This document shows, in pieces, positions 27,211 to 37,114 of a DNA stretch of 64,000 nt (positions are counted from its first letter, which is position 1; every line of letters begins with the position of its first letter). The translations under genes and the position numbers were made by a program. The DNA is from Bdellovibrionales bacterium (lineage in GTDB: Bacteria > Bdellovibrionota > Bdellovibrionia > Bdellovibrionales > UBA840), in NCBI GenBank assembly GCA_045110695.1, contig JBGCGH010000023.1:34238-98237 (forward strand), written 5' to 3'. The notes beneath the pieces are model-generated. The model saw nothing but the letters and a program-made list of their open reading frames with translations. It did not search any database and was not told the DNA's origin.

Positions 27211-28098
27211 CTATAGTGCAATCCTTGATATCCACAAAAATAAATATTGATCACCTACAGGAGCCAACAAAAAGGCCAACATACTAAAGTTAACCCAGAG
27301 AAAAAATGGCAACCAATTTCTCTCCCCTACGGATTGATAATATTTATAAAACTCTTTAGCTACCATAAAAACAAATGGAATTACCAAGAACCAATACAGA
27401 CCATAGGTCACAGGTACAAAAAGTGGAGACAAAAGTGCGAGGCTTAGATAGGAAATCGTATATAGAGTCATATGCATCAAGGCCGACTTGTTTCCAAGCT
27501 CAGAGGGCATAACAGGTATTCCACCTTCCTTGTAATCATCTTTGTATTTAATCGCCAAGGCCCAAAAGTGGGGCATTTGCCATAGGAACATTATAAGGAA
27601 AGCATAAATACACTCTGATCTAAAGATGTTTTGATCCACAGCAGAGAAACCAATCACTACAGGCATTGCCCCTGGAAGAGCTCCGGGGACGGCCCCAAAA
27701 ACCCACTTCGGTTTCCATATAAAAACATACAAAACATTATACATAATAACCGTGGAGAGGCCAAGAACCGCAGTAAAAGGGTGAATGCTATAGAGTAATC
27801 CGGTACCAAATACTAATCCTATCAAAGCAACAATACCGGCGGATTTAACTGTTAGATCACCGGTAACTAAGGGTCGTTGCTTGGTCCTAGGCATTTTACC
27901 ATCCAAATCCTGTTCTTGAATCTGATTTAAAGCAAAACTACCCATGGTTAAAAGCGTTAAACCAACTGCAAATAGTGCAAATCCAGAAAGAGAAAATTCC
28001 TCACCAGGTCCTGTTGCTAGCAAAAACCCCGCACCTCCACTTACTATTACAAAGTAAGCCAGGCGAGCCTTCGTTAAATCCATAATGTGCTTAATCAT
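27211..28098 (-). CDS. ctaB: Protoheme IX farnesyltransferase (heme O synthase)
   Basis: UbiA-family polytopic protein (NQIQEQDLDGKMPRTKQRPLVTG, WQMPHFWALAIKYKDDY). Last gene of the oxidase cluster. Confidence 0.9.
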   Translation of the reverse strand: MIKHIMDLTKARLAYFVIVSGGAGFLLATGPGEEFSLSGFALFAVGLTLLTMGSFALNQIQEQDLDGKMPRTKQRPLVTGDLTVKSAGIVALIGLVFGTGLLYSIHPFTAVLGLSTVIMYNVLYVFIWKPKWVFGAVPGALPGAMPVVIGFSAVDQNIFRSECIYAFLIMFLWQMPHFWALAIKYKDDYKEGGIPVMPSELGNKSALMHMTLYTISYLSLALLSPLFVPVTYGLYWFLVIPFVFMVAKEFYKYYQSVGERNWLPFFLWVNFSMLAFLLAPVGDQYLFLWISRIAL

Positions 28099-28110
28099 TT
28101 ACTACCTCTT

Positions 28111-28148
28111 AAAACAAAACGGGTTCTCAGTTACCCCTGATGAACCCG
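28111..28148 (-). terminator. Hairpin + T-run between coxIV and ctaB (partial terminator/attenuator)
   Basis: The minus strand reads CGGGTTC-(15 nt)-GAACCCG followed by TTTTGTTTT, then the AAGAGG SD of ctaB. Confidence 0.5.
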
Positions 28149-28195
28149 CTATGAAGAAATACTTTTGTGAAATATAAAATTAAAATCTAACTCGT

Positions 28196-28498
28196 CTATA
28201 TTCTAGGATCTATTCTCGTGAAAACATCTAGAAATAAAATCACGGCAAAAAGTGCCAAGAAGAAAAAACTAGAACCTAAAATTACTCTATTCATCATACT
28301 GTCGTACTTTAAATGCATAAAGTAACCCATAACTAAAACAGCTTTCCCCGTAGCAATGATCAATGCGATAGCTACGTTAAAAATACCAAAATCAAATCTA
28401 GTTACGTAAACAGTTAGAAAGGTTAGTACAAACAGTATGCCTATTACAACATAGTGAGTTTTTAAAGACATTAAATGATGTTCGTGATTATCGCTCAT
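28196..28498 (-). CDS. Cytochrome c oxidase subunit IV (prokaryotic type)
   Basis: 100 aa with three TM helices. The N-terminus HHLMSLKTHYVVIGILFVLTFLTV is typical of bacterial CoxIV. Position after CoxIII fits. Confidence 0.7.
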   Translation of the reverse strand: MSDNHEHHLMSLKTHYVVIGILFVLTFLTVYVTRFDFGIFNVAIALIIATGKAVLVMGYFMHLKYDSMMNRVILGSSFFFLALFAVILFLDVFTRIDPRI

Positions 28499-28507
28499 GT
28501 TGCTCTC

Positions 28508-29143
28508 CTAAATTAGATACAAGATCGGAAATAAATAAATCCAAACCAAATCCACTAAATGCCAAAAAATACCCACACCCTCAACACCGGTCCAGTGCTT
28601 ACTGCTGTAAGTTCCCTTAATAATACGAATCAAAATCCAAGTAATTAGACCCATACCAATGATTACGTGAAGTCCGTGAAGACCAGTTAACATATAGTAG
28701 AAAGACATATAAAGGTTCAATTTATCGTTCACCGCTTCGTAAGTAAACATGGTTCCAGGGTAAAGTCCCATTTCAAACTTAGCCTGATACTCAATAAACT
28801 TTACGATCATGAAACCAAAGCCACATAAAAGAGTAATTACCAAACTCCAAATTGCTTTTTTTCTGTCGTCGACCCGGATGTAGTAAATTGCCAAAGCCAT
28901 GGTCAGGGAACTAGATAAAAGAATCACAGTATTAAGTGCTCCTTTTTTCCAGTCCAAGGTAGCTGCACCCTCAAGCCATGCTTCTCCGTAGAGAGCCTGA
29001 TAAACGAAGAAGCCAACCAACAAAGCTCCAAACATTAGAACCTCGGTGGCCATAAAAAGCCAAACCCCTTGCTTACTAGAATCATATTCGTGATCCGCAT
29101 CACGAAAATGGTGAGCCACTTTGTGCTCTTTAACGGTACTCAT
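28508..29143 (-). CDS. ctaE: Cytochrome c oxidase subunit III
   Basis: 211 aa polytopic protein ([29 protein letters not shown]). Confidence 0.9.
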   Translation of the reverse strand: MSTVKEHKVAHHFRDADHEYDSSKQGVWLFMATEVLMFGALLVGFFVYQALYGEAWLEGAATLDWKKGALNTVILLSSSLTMALAIYYIRVDDRKKAIWSLVITLLCGFGFMIVKFIEYQAKFEMGLYPGTMFTYEAVNDKLNLYMSFYYMLTGLHGLHVIIGMGLITWILIRIIKGTYSSKHWTGVEGVGIFWHLVDLVWIYLFPILYLI

Positions 29144-30710
29144 AAGGTCCCCCTGTCACTGTTGGAATTTCTTTGAAGTTTTCATGGATTGGAGGAGACT
29201 GAATTTGCCACTCAAGAGTCTTCGCTCCCCATGGGTTATTTGGGGCTTTCTCGCCTTTAAGCATTCCATGAATTAGAGCAACAGCACCGATGATAAAACC
29301 GATTCCGATTCCCCATGAACCGTATGTTGAGATCGCGTTTAGGGACTCATATTCTGGAATATAATCAAAGTATCTTCTCGGCATACCCATTGACCCTAAA
29401 ATAAACTGAGGGAAAAAAGTTACGTTGAAGCCAACAAAAACAAACACAAAAGAATATCTAGCAAGAGCATCACTATGCATTTTACCAAACATTTTTGGGA
29501 ACCAATGAAAGAAACCACCCATTAGCGCCATCAATGAACCACCCACCATTACGTAATGGAAGTGAGCCACGACGAAATAAGTATCATGAAAGTGAACATC
29601 CATACCAGCTGTAGCTAGCATGATACCTGTTACTCCACCGATGGTGAAAACAAAGATAAATCCTATTGCCCATAACATTGGTGCATCCATTCGGATACTA
29701 CCTTTGTACATAGTGGCAACCCAGTTAAAGGTCTTAATAGCCGTTGGAACACCTACTAACATAGTTAGTAATGAGAACACAATCCCTGCAACCTCAGACT
29801 GACCACTAACATACATATGGTGACCCCATACGAAGAACGAAACAGCAGCAATAGCAAGACTTGAGTACGCGATCGCCGTATAGCCAAAAATGGTTTTTCT
29901 AGAGTAAGTAGTAATGATCTCAGAGATAATACCCATCGCAGGCAAAATCATAATGTAAACAGCTGGGTGAGAGTAGAACCAGAAAAAATGCTGGAACAAT
30001 ACCGGATCTCCACCTAGAGCTGGATCAAAGATACCAACACCTAAGGTTCTTTCCGCTACTAACAATAGTAGGGTAATACCTAGAACTGGCGTAGCTAAAA
30101 CTTGAAGAATAGAAGTGGAGTACAATCCCCATACAAACAATGGCATTTTTGTCATTGTCATTCCAGGACATCTCAACTTATGAACGGTTACAATAAAGTT
30201 AAGACCCGTAAGAACTGAAGACATTCCCATTACAAAAGCTCCAACTACCATGGCGACAACACCAGTATCGGTCTCTATTGAATAGGGAGTATAAAAGGTC
30301 CACCCAGTATCCACTCCTCCAAAAAATAGAGAAAGCAAAGCAATACCAGCACCCAACATATAAACATACCAAGACAGTAAATTTATCTTTGGAAAGGCAA
30401 CATCCTGCGCACCAACATGAATTGGCAGGAAGAAGTTACCCAAGATGGCTGGGATACCTGGAACGATCACCATGAAAACCATTATGGCTCCGTGATAGGT
30501 AAGATATTTATTGTAAGTTCCCGCATCAAATAAAGTTGAACCCGAAGATATTAGCTCTGCTCTTAATAAAAGAGCGAAAATTCCACCAACGAGAAAGAAT
30601 AATAGAATCGAGATCATATACATTAGACCGATTCTTTTGTGATCTACCGTGGTCAACCAAGACCAGAGACCTTTTTCATGATTTATATAGTTGCTTCCTT
30701 CAGCTCCCAT
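29130..30710 (-). CDS. ctaD: Cytochrome c oxidase subunit I
   Basis: Heme-copper oxidase signatures WFFGHPEVY-like ([19 protein letters not shown]), HHMYV and HFHYVM. 526 aa. Confidence 0.95.
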   Translation of the reverse strand: MGAEGSNYINHEKGLWSWLTTVDHKRIGLMYMISILLFFLVGGIFALLLRAELISSGSTLFDAGTYNKYLTYHGAIMVFMVIVPGIPAILGNFFLPIHVGAQDVAFPKINLLSWYVYMLGAGIALLSLFFGGVDTGWTFYTPYSIETDTGVVAMVVGAFVMGMSSVLTGLNFIVTVHKLRCPGMTMTKMPLFVWGLYSTSILQVLATPVLGITLLLLVAERTLGVGIFDPALGGDPVLFQHFFWFYSHPAVYIMILPAMGIISEIITTYSRKTIFGYTAIAYSSLAIAAVSFFVWGHHMYVSGQSEVAGIVFSLLTMLVGVPTAIKTFNWVATMYKGSIRMDAPMLWAIGFIFVFTIGGVTGIMLATAGMDVHFHDTYFVVAHFHYVMVGGSLMALMGGFFHWFPKMFGKMHSDALARYSFVFVFVGFNVTFFPQFILGSMGMPRRYFDYIPEYESLNAISTYGSWGIGIGFIIGAVALIHGMLKGEKAPNNPWGAKTLEWQIQSPPIHENFKEIPTVTGGPYEYR

Positions 30711-30719
30711 TTACGTCTC

Positions 30720-31676
30720 CTATTTCTGAGCCTTGATAAACTCGATAAGTCCTTGAATTTCTTCATCAGTAATTATACCTGCATATGCTGGCATCTGTCC
30801 GTCTTGATATCCCTCAACCACTTTGGCTCCAGGGTTCAATATAGACTCTCTAATGTAGTTTTCGTCGGCGGCTGCTGAGCCTGCGTTATTAAAATTCCTA
30901 GTAGCTCCAAAAAGACCTTTAAAACTTGGTCCAACTAAAACGCTTCCATCAACAGAATGGCAACCGTTACAGTTACGAGTTTTATAGGCCTTTGCACCAA
31001 TCTGTACTGGGGTAAGCTTTTCAATTACCTTACCATCCATCCAGGCATCAAAGTTTTTCTGACTTACAACTTTAACTGTCGCAATCATTCCTGAGTGGTT
31101 TAGACCACAGTACTCGGTACAGAAGATTCGAAAGTTACCCTCGCGAGTAGCTTCAAACCAAGCCGTTGTATATCTTCCCGGAATTAGATCTTGTTTTATT
31201 CTAAAAGAAGGCACGTAGAAACTATGTAATACGTCTTGAGATCTCATTAGAAGCTTAATCGGTACACCAACAGGAACGACCAACTCACCCGGGCTTTGCA
31301 TACCATTTTTATACTCAAAGTCCCAACCCCATTTCTTGGCTTTTACGAAAACCTCGTAAGCACCATCAGGAGCCGTTCTTAGGTCATGGAATACTTTCCA
31401 GCCCCAAGCGAAACTAACAATGAAAAGAACCAATGGAATAAAACTCCATAAGAACTCAGCTAGATAGTTATGAGTTATATAGGCGGTTTTCTCAGATTCG
31501 CTCTTCCTTTTGTAACTATACAAAAACCAGAACATACCAACGATTACCAATAAACTGGCAATCACGCTGATTACGATCAAAAACCAATAGAGAGCATCTA
31601 CATCTCCCGCTAAAGTTGAGCCTTGGGGCGGCATGGATCTACTTCCCTCCGCATAGGCTGTCTTCATCCACAACAT
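30720..31676 (-). CDS. ctaC: Cytochrome c oxidase subunit II with C-terminal cytochrome c domain (caa3-type)
   Basis: CuA site VLHSFYVP...CTEYCGLNHSGM. C-terminal CNGCHS heme c motif. Confidence 0.9.
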   Translation of the reverse strand: MLWMKTAYAEGSRSMPPQGSTLAGDVDALYWFLIVISVIASLLVIVGMFWFLYSYKRKSESEKTAYITHNYLAEFLWSFIPLVLFIVSFAWGWKVFHDLRTAPDGAYEVFVKAKKWGWDFEYKNGMQSPGELVVPVGVPIKLLMRSQDVLHSFYVPSFRIKQDLIPGRYTTAWFEATREGNFRIFCTEYCGLNHSGMIATVKVVSQKNFDAWMDGKVIEKLTPVQIGAKAYKTRNCNGCHSVDGSVLVGPSFKGLFGATRNFNNAGSAAADENYIRESILNPGAKVVEGYQDGQMPAYAGIITDEEIQGLIEFIKAQK

Positions 31677-32516
31677 TTAAGCATTCTCCTTCTGTTTAAC
31701 TTTCCGTTGCCTAATCCAAAATGGGATTAAAAATGCTGCTAATATGATGACGGTAACACCGGCACCAGCTCGCATAATATTAAAAGCATAAAACGCATAA
31801 CCACGTCTACTCGGATCATATTTAAAACAATAGAGCAGTAGCTGATCAGCAATACTACCCACTTTACCTTCGGCAGCCTCAACAAGGGACAGTCTCAATG
31901 TTGCAGCGGTAAAGGCGATACCATAAAGGTACCTAGTAATCTTACCCCCAGGGGATAATATATAAGTGGCAGCAGCGTGAGCATACTCTTTTTGCTCTTC
32001 TACCCACTTATAGCCAAAACCAACTTGGCTGGCTATTTTTGTGATGTTTTCTTGAGAACCCGTTAAAAAATGAAAGCTATCTTTAGCTCCCTCTCTACCG
32101 TAGAGCTCTAAATAAGAATCTCTCTTTTTCTTTGCAAGTTCTGGAGTTTCTTTAGGCTCGAAAGAAATGAAAACCGCTTCATACTCTTTACCCGCAGACC
32201 ATTTCATCTCTTTCATAGTGTCTGTCACGCCATTAAGCTGAAAATTACACAAGCTCGGACAGTTATAATAAATCAAAGCAAGCATCACCGGCTTTCCCTT
32301 AAAATACTTTCCTAGCTGTACCGTTTCGCCATTGTGGTCTTTGAACTCAAGATTAAGATCAATATTCTGACCTAGGTGCTCGGTAACCCCAACGTCAGTC
32401 AGAACCTCTGGTTTTTTATTAGATGTTTCTTCAGGCTTTAAAAAACTATTTGCGCTCAGGGTGGAAACCGAAAACGTTAGACATAGAATCAATACCAGTT
32501 GAATGTTTTTTAGCAT
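31677..32516 (-). CDS. SCO/SenC family copper chaperone
   Basis: Thioredoxin-fold CxxxC motif (YYNCPSLCN). Signal peptide. C-terminal TM extension. Sits directly upstream of coxII. Confidence 0.85.
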   Translation of the reverse strand: MLKNIQLVLILCLTFSVSTLSANSFLKPEETSNKKPEVLTDVGVTEHLGQNIDLNLEFKDHNGETVQLGKYFKGKPVMLALIYYNCPSLCNFQLNGVTDTMKEMKWSAGKEYEAVFISFEPKETPELAKKKRDSYLELYGREGAKDSFHFLTGSQENITKIASQVGFGYKWVEEQKEYAHAAATYILSPGGKITRYLYGIAFTAATLRLSLVEAAEGKVGSIADQLLLYCFKYDPSRRGYAFYAFNIMRAGAGVTVIILAAFLIPFWIRQRKVKQKENA

Positions 32517-32526
32517 GCTTTAAACC

Positions 32527-32676
32527 TTATTGGGCTTGCTCTTTCTGAGCCTCAGGAACCGGGTCTAATACAACACCAGGATGTAAAAACGCGATATAAC
32601 CCATAAAAAGAATTGTAGCTACCATGGACCAAATTAGAGCTTGGTATCCAGCTCGGTTACTAGGATCGTTACTCAT
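32527..32676 (-). CDS. Small membrane protein (49 aa), first gene of the oxidase operon
   Basis: ATG 32676 with AAGGA 8 nt upstream. Translation MSNDPSNRAGYQALIWSMVATILFMGYIAFLHPGVVLDPVPEAQKEQAQ has one TM helix. Ends 10 nt before the SCO start. Below the ORF-track cut-off. Confidence 0.4.
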   Translation of the reverse strand: MSNDPSNRAGYQALIWSMVATILFMGYIAFLHPGVVLDPVPEAQKEQAQ

Positions 32677-33086
32677 TGCCTATTCCTTCGTTGATGCCGG
32701 AAGTACCCAAGTGAAAACCCAATGAGACTAGCCAGCGACATCTTTATTATTGCTTTACTTTATTTGTAATCCTAAGACCCTCTAGTGGCAAGGGAGTTCA
32801 GGTAGACTGTTGAACCTATACGCTTTGCATTAAGATACTGATAAGTTTGGATTTTTAGGATTCTTAGGTTTTCTAAACACCCAAGCATATAAATATTATC
32901 GGAAGACAATGGAGACCATTTTTTTTATTAAAACTGAGGTTGTGTTTGAGTTAAAAAATGCCACATTAAATTGCTCAATCACACATTGTGCTTACTTTAT
33001 GTGCTCTATATACAGATAAGCCATATAAACTAAAAAACTAGATTTTGATTTTCTTTTGGCATCGATTCCACCTGGCAGCTTGGCAC

Positions 33087-34037
33087 TTAAAGTGACCAGG
33101 ATATTTTTTCTAGGGCCTCGACCTCTTCTGCCCAATAACTGTAATCCATATAGTTTGGAAAAAGCCGCGGGAAGCTTGGGTCTGACCATCTTTTTCCTAT
33201 CCAAGCAGCATAGTGAATGATGCGGATACCTCTCAACGGCTCAAAAAGCTCCAATTGGCTCGAATCAAAGGTGCGTAATTTTTCGTAACCCTTCAGCAAA
33301 AACTCTAACTGTTGCTTTTGCTCATCAGCAGGGCCAGCACAAAGCATCCAGAAATCCTGAGCCACAGGGCCCATCACTGCATCATCAAAATCGACCATGA
33401 AGTAATCATTTTCATTGTTTAATAAGTTTCCCCTATGACAATCTCCATGAATTCTTTGAAACCCAAAAGCCTCTACCTTATCGATATAACTATTAATTAT
33501 TGTAACTGCAGCATCTTCATACCTAAGCCACAGACTAGGGTCTACAAAATCTCCCAAGACTTCCAAATCATCCCATCCATGATCTTGCCCATCCAAATGC
33601 TGTCTATATTTGAACTCACTACGCCCTGCCACATTATGTAGATGAGCCAAAGTTTTCCCTACAGATTCAAAATCTTTCTCCAGCAACTCTTGTGGCATTC
33701 GACCATATTGCTTTGGAAAAAAACTGAAAAAAAGATTCCCCCATACCCCAATAGTTTGATTTGTTTCTATTTCTATTGGAGACACTACGGGGACTCCCTC
33801 CAATTGGAGATCTCTTAAAAAGTCGTGCTCCTCTTGAATTTGAGCCTTCGTCCATCGACCGGGTCGATAGAATTTAGCAATTAAAGGCTTATCGTCTTCA
33901 AAATCAACTTGGTAAACTCTATTCTCATAGGAATTGAGCTGGATCAACCTACCGGTAGATCTTTTCCCAAAGCTATCAGCTGCTTTAAGGATGGTTTCTG
34001 GCTGTAACTCATAAAAGGAATCAGTATTCAAAGACAT
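33087..34037 (-). CDS. srkA: Stress-response Ser/Thr kinase SrkA/RdoA (YihE) family
   Basis: APH-fold kinase with RIHGDCHRGNLL and VDFDDAVMGPVAQD. 316 aa; overall layout matches YihE. Confidence 0.8.
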   Translation of the reverse strand: MSLNTDSFYELQPETILKAADSFGKRSTGRLIQLNSYENRVYQVDFEDDKPLIAKFYRPGRWTKAQIQEEHDFLRDLQLEGVPVVSPIEIETNQTIGVWGNLFFSFFPKQYGRMPQELLEKDFESVGKTLAHLHNVAGRSEFKYRQHLDGQDHGWDDLEVLGDFVDPSLWLRYEDAAVTIINSYIDKVEAFGFQRIHGDCHRGNLLNNENDYFMVDFDDAVMGPVAQDFWMLCAGPADEQKQQLEFLLKGYEKLRTFDSSQLELFEPLRGIRIIHYAAWIGKRWSDPSFPRLFPNYMDYSYWAEEVEALEKISWSL

Positions 34038-34298
34038 AGCCTGTTTGTAAGCTAAAACTCTAGGTCTTGCTAGACAAATCTATATAGCCAGCATCATTCG
34101 AACCAAATCAATGCAATCCAGATCTATTGATATTTCTTTAGTTCTTCCTTGGCGATGGATATCAGGCATCAACGCCATCAATCGTTTTAAATCTCTTTAT
34201 TTCTATCCTGCATATTTGATAAAATACATTTTGATTATTTTCCCACAAGTCTCTGCTTTTTCCTTGTAGATTTTAGCGTATAAAACGATGATCCCAGC

Positions 34299-35126
34299 AT
34301 GTTAGGAAAAGCAACAATTCATAGGATCACAGGGCTCAAAACGAATAGGCCGAGAATCATCGTTGATGAGGATTCTGGAATCATATCTTGGAAGACCTGG
34401 CACTTTAAATGGAAGAGAAAAGCGTTTTACAGAAATATTAATATTCAAATTCAAAAAGACGGCATGGCTCAAATTACTACTGGTAAAAATCCACCCCGCG
34501 CTTGGATCGAATCTTTTCTATTTGAAAAGGAAACTTGGATTGAGCAGCAATTTGAAAAAATAAATTTAAAGCTATCTGAATCTAAGGAAATACACCCACT
34601 TGGCGATAAAGAATGGATTCCCTATTTGGGAGAGTTTATTCAAATTCAACTTAAGCCCAAAAAATCGAGAAATCGTGAAAAGCTATTAGGAAACCAACTC
34701 CTACTTTTTATCGGATCTAGCCCAAGTAAAAGTGAGCTCCAGGAGTCTGTAATACGATTTTATAAAAAACAGGCTTTGGAGGTTTTTGAAAAACTCCAAG
34801 CTGAAATTAGCCTTGAGATGGGGCTTAAGCCTAAAAAAATTAGTATCAGAGCTCAAAAAAGTAGATGGGGTAGCTGTTCATCGCTAGGCAACATAAACTA
34901 CAACTTTAAACTACTCGCGGGAGAGCCCGATGAAATCAGATATGTTGTTATTCACGAAACAGCACACTTGAAACATATGAATCACTCGAAGAAATTCTGG
35001 AACTTAGTAGCTACTCTATGTCCAAACTTTAAAGAAGTTGAACTCGGTCTAGCAGAGGACCAGTTACGTTTTGAGTTTCTAACAGCGGACTCCAATATCT
35101 ATAATAAACGCTATAACCTAGGTTAA
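34299..35126 (+). CDS. YgjP-like (DUF45/SprT-like) metal-dependent hydrolase
   Basis: C-terminal IRYVVIHETAHLKHMNHSKKFW (HExxH...H) and RWGSCS, both typical of DUF45. Confidence 0.8.
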   Translation: MLGKATIHRITGLKTNRPRIIVDEDSGIISWKTWHFKWKRKAFYRNINIQIQKDGMAQITTGKNPPRAWIESFLFEKETWIEQQFEKINLKLSESKEIHPLGDKEWIPYLGEFIQIQLKPKKSRNREKLLGNQLLLFIGSSPSKSELQESVIRFYKKQALEVFEKLQAEISLEMGLKPKKISIRAQKSRWGSCSSLGNINYNFKLLAGEPDEIRYVVIHETAHLKHMNHSKKFWNLVATLCPNFKEVELGLAEDQLRFEFLTADSNIYNKRYNLG

Positions 35127-35412
35127 TAAAATACAGAATCAGAAATACATGATCCGACCTAGAGAGTTATTTTAACAAGCTAATCTACATAAGCATTTGT
35201 ATTCTGAGTTTTGCCTACCGAAAAACTAAAAACATCAACCCCGTAACTTGAGTAAAACTAATTACTTGAACACAGCACTTCCAGTAGAATTTATTAATCA
35301 CTAAATATAGGCCCGAGTTATAAAAATGAAGAAAAAAATTTCGGTCTCAAACTTGCAGTTTAAATTGTGTGATCGTACTCAAACTCAATTGAATACGAAG
35401 TTAGGAGACCCG

Positions 35413-36072
35413 ATGAAGATTCTTTTAATTCTAAGTGCCGTTTTTTGGCATATGAGTGCCCCAGCTCAGAACTACGATGCTGGATTCCAGGCTCAATTTA
35501 ATGCAAGTATGGGAATTTTAGGTGGAGATATCGACCAAGACAACCATGACTTTAGGTCTAAATTCGCTATATCCACTAACCATCTAGCTATGGCTATTGA
35601 GGCGAAAAACTCAAATGATCCTAAACGAAGGCTCGGAGATCAATTTATATTAGTAGACGTAAGATCTGCTCAGGAAACTAGTATATCGATGATACCGTCC
35701 GCAATTTCCTTAAGAGATTTTAAGAAATTTATCTTAGAAAATAAAACCAGTAAACTTTGGAAATCAGATGGAACAATAGATAGTGAAATCCCAGTAATCT
35801 TATATTGTACGACGGGATACAGAGCCTTTGAGCAAGCTTCAAGTCTGATAAACAAATATCAGGTCACAGCTCTAGCTTACGGTGGAGTTGGTCCCTGGGT
35901 CGTAGCAGGTAATAGCTTCGTTCGTGAAGGTCAGGAAACTAAGGCCGTTCACCTTTTCGACAAAAAATTTAAAGCCGCCATCGTAGATCAAATGGTGGAC
36001 GCTGGAATAGACCCAAAGGAATACACGATTTATCCCAAGAAAGATAAATTCGACTTTCCTACAATTCATTAG
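35413..36072 (+). CDS. Secreted rhodanese-domain protein
   Basis: Start at ATG 35413 (TTAGGAG SD; signal MKILLILSAVFWHMSAPA). Active-site loop YCTTGYRA (CxxGxR). Confidence 0.7.
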   Translation: MKILLILSAVFWHMSAPAQNYDAGFQAQFNASMGILGGDIDQDNHDFRSKFAISTNHLAMAIEAKNSNDPKRRLGDQFILVDVRSAQETSISMIPSAISLRDFKKFILENKTSKLWKSDGTIDSEIPVILYCTTGYRAFEQASSLINKYQVTALAYGGVGPWVVAGNSFVREGQETKAVHLFDKKFKAAIVDQMVDAGIDPKEYTIYPKKDKFDFPTIH

Positions 36073-36087
36073 ATTCAAAGCCTGGAA

Positions 36088-36112
36088 GGCAAGTTTAACT
36101 TGCCTATTTTTA
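36088..36112 (+). terminator. Rho-independent terminator
   Basis: GGCAAGT-TTA-ACTTGCC (7-bp stem) followed by TATTTTTA. Confidence 0.6.
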
Positions 36113-36122
36113 GTGGAGAAGT

Positions 36123-37094
36123 ATGCAGAGTAAGCTTAAGAACTGGCTGGTATTGGCCATCGCCATTATTCCTGAAATATTTCTTGGAGCTCCAAATAAA
36201 CAGGTTAAAATTAACTGTGGACCTGGCTATTCTAAGCACTCAATTCAGACAGAAATGAGAAACTCAAATGCTATTGGATGGTCTAACAAATTAATCATCG
36301 AGTGCCTCCAGGCCTTGGCGAAAAATCCTAAGATTGAGCTCAGGGCATCGAAAATGAATAAAAACAAAAATGGGGCGATCGCAGAGCAGATCATCTCAAA
36401 GATTGTAGGAAAGCCAGTTAGAACTTCAGCACTGTATAATGCTGCAAAAAAACAAGCTCATTTTGGATCCTGGCAAAGAGCCTTGGAGGAAAGTGGCATT
36501 GCCTACAATCCGGCCCAGGTAGCATGGAGCCGAGAAAGAATCTTACAAGGTATTGAAGCGCTCGACAAAGCTGGAATCCGCCTAAACAGTACTAATATGC
36601 AAAGCCCTGATAACATTCAAGGTCATGCCATTCTCACTAAGCTCTTCGGACAGAAACTTAGCACTATAGCGCTTTACCATGCGGCCTATGAAGGTAGGTA
36701 CTTTGAGAGCTGGTATGGTGCCTTGAAAGAATATGGAATCAATCCTATAGATGTAATGCTTCATATCCCTAGAGGATTAAATCTAGCCAATGAGCGCTAC
36801 TACGCTGAGAAATCCTTCGAATCGGATGGAAATAGAAACGATAAACTTTCCATTACTGGTAAGCCAAAGAGTCCAGAAGAAATAGTTGAGCTTCAAGAAT
36901 TATCGAAAAAACTATATTCTGCCTCGGAGCATTTGCCTTCAATAGAAAAAGCAATATTCTATAAGCTGATTGAAAAACTAAACGAGTCTCCCGACACCCC
37001 TATCGATACTGTCTTTTTGAACCTAAGGAAGGAAGGGATTTCCAGCGAAAGCCTAAAATTACTAATCAGTGACCTTAGGGATTTAATTTACTAA
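36123..37094 (+). CDS. Hypothetical protein with two ~75-aa internal repeats (homing-endonuclease-associated-repeat-like)
   Basis: The repeats WSNKLIIECLQAL...ALYNAAKKQAHFGSWQRALEESGI and WSRERILQGIEAL...ALYHAAYEGRYFESWYGALKEYGI align by eye. The C-terminal third is helical. Confidence 0.5.
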   Translation: MQSKLKNWLVLAIAIIPEIFLGAPNKQVKINCGPGYSKHSIQTEMRNSNAIGWSNKLIIECLQALAKNPKIELRASKMNKNKNGAIAEQIISKIVGKPVRTSALYNAAKKQAHFGSWQRALEESGIAYNPAQVAWSRERILQGIEALDKAGIRLNSTNMQSPDNIQGHAILTKLFGQKLSTIALYHAAYEGRYFESWYGALKEYGINPIDVMLHIPRGLNLANERYYAEKSFESDGNRNDKLSITGKPKSPEEIVELQELSKKLYSASEHLPSIEKAIFYKLIEKLNESPDTPIDTVFLNLRKEGISSESLKLLISDLRDLIY

Positions 37095-37114
37095 CTAAAA
37101 ATACGACATATCTC

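Noticed and set aside
32908-32926. AATGG-AGA-CCATT hairpin followed by T8 on the + strand in the cox/srkA intergenic region
   Set aside because: The stem has only 5 bp (2 GC). There is no + strand gene or convincing promoter at a sensible distance upstream. It is probably fortuitous in AT-rich DNA.
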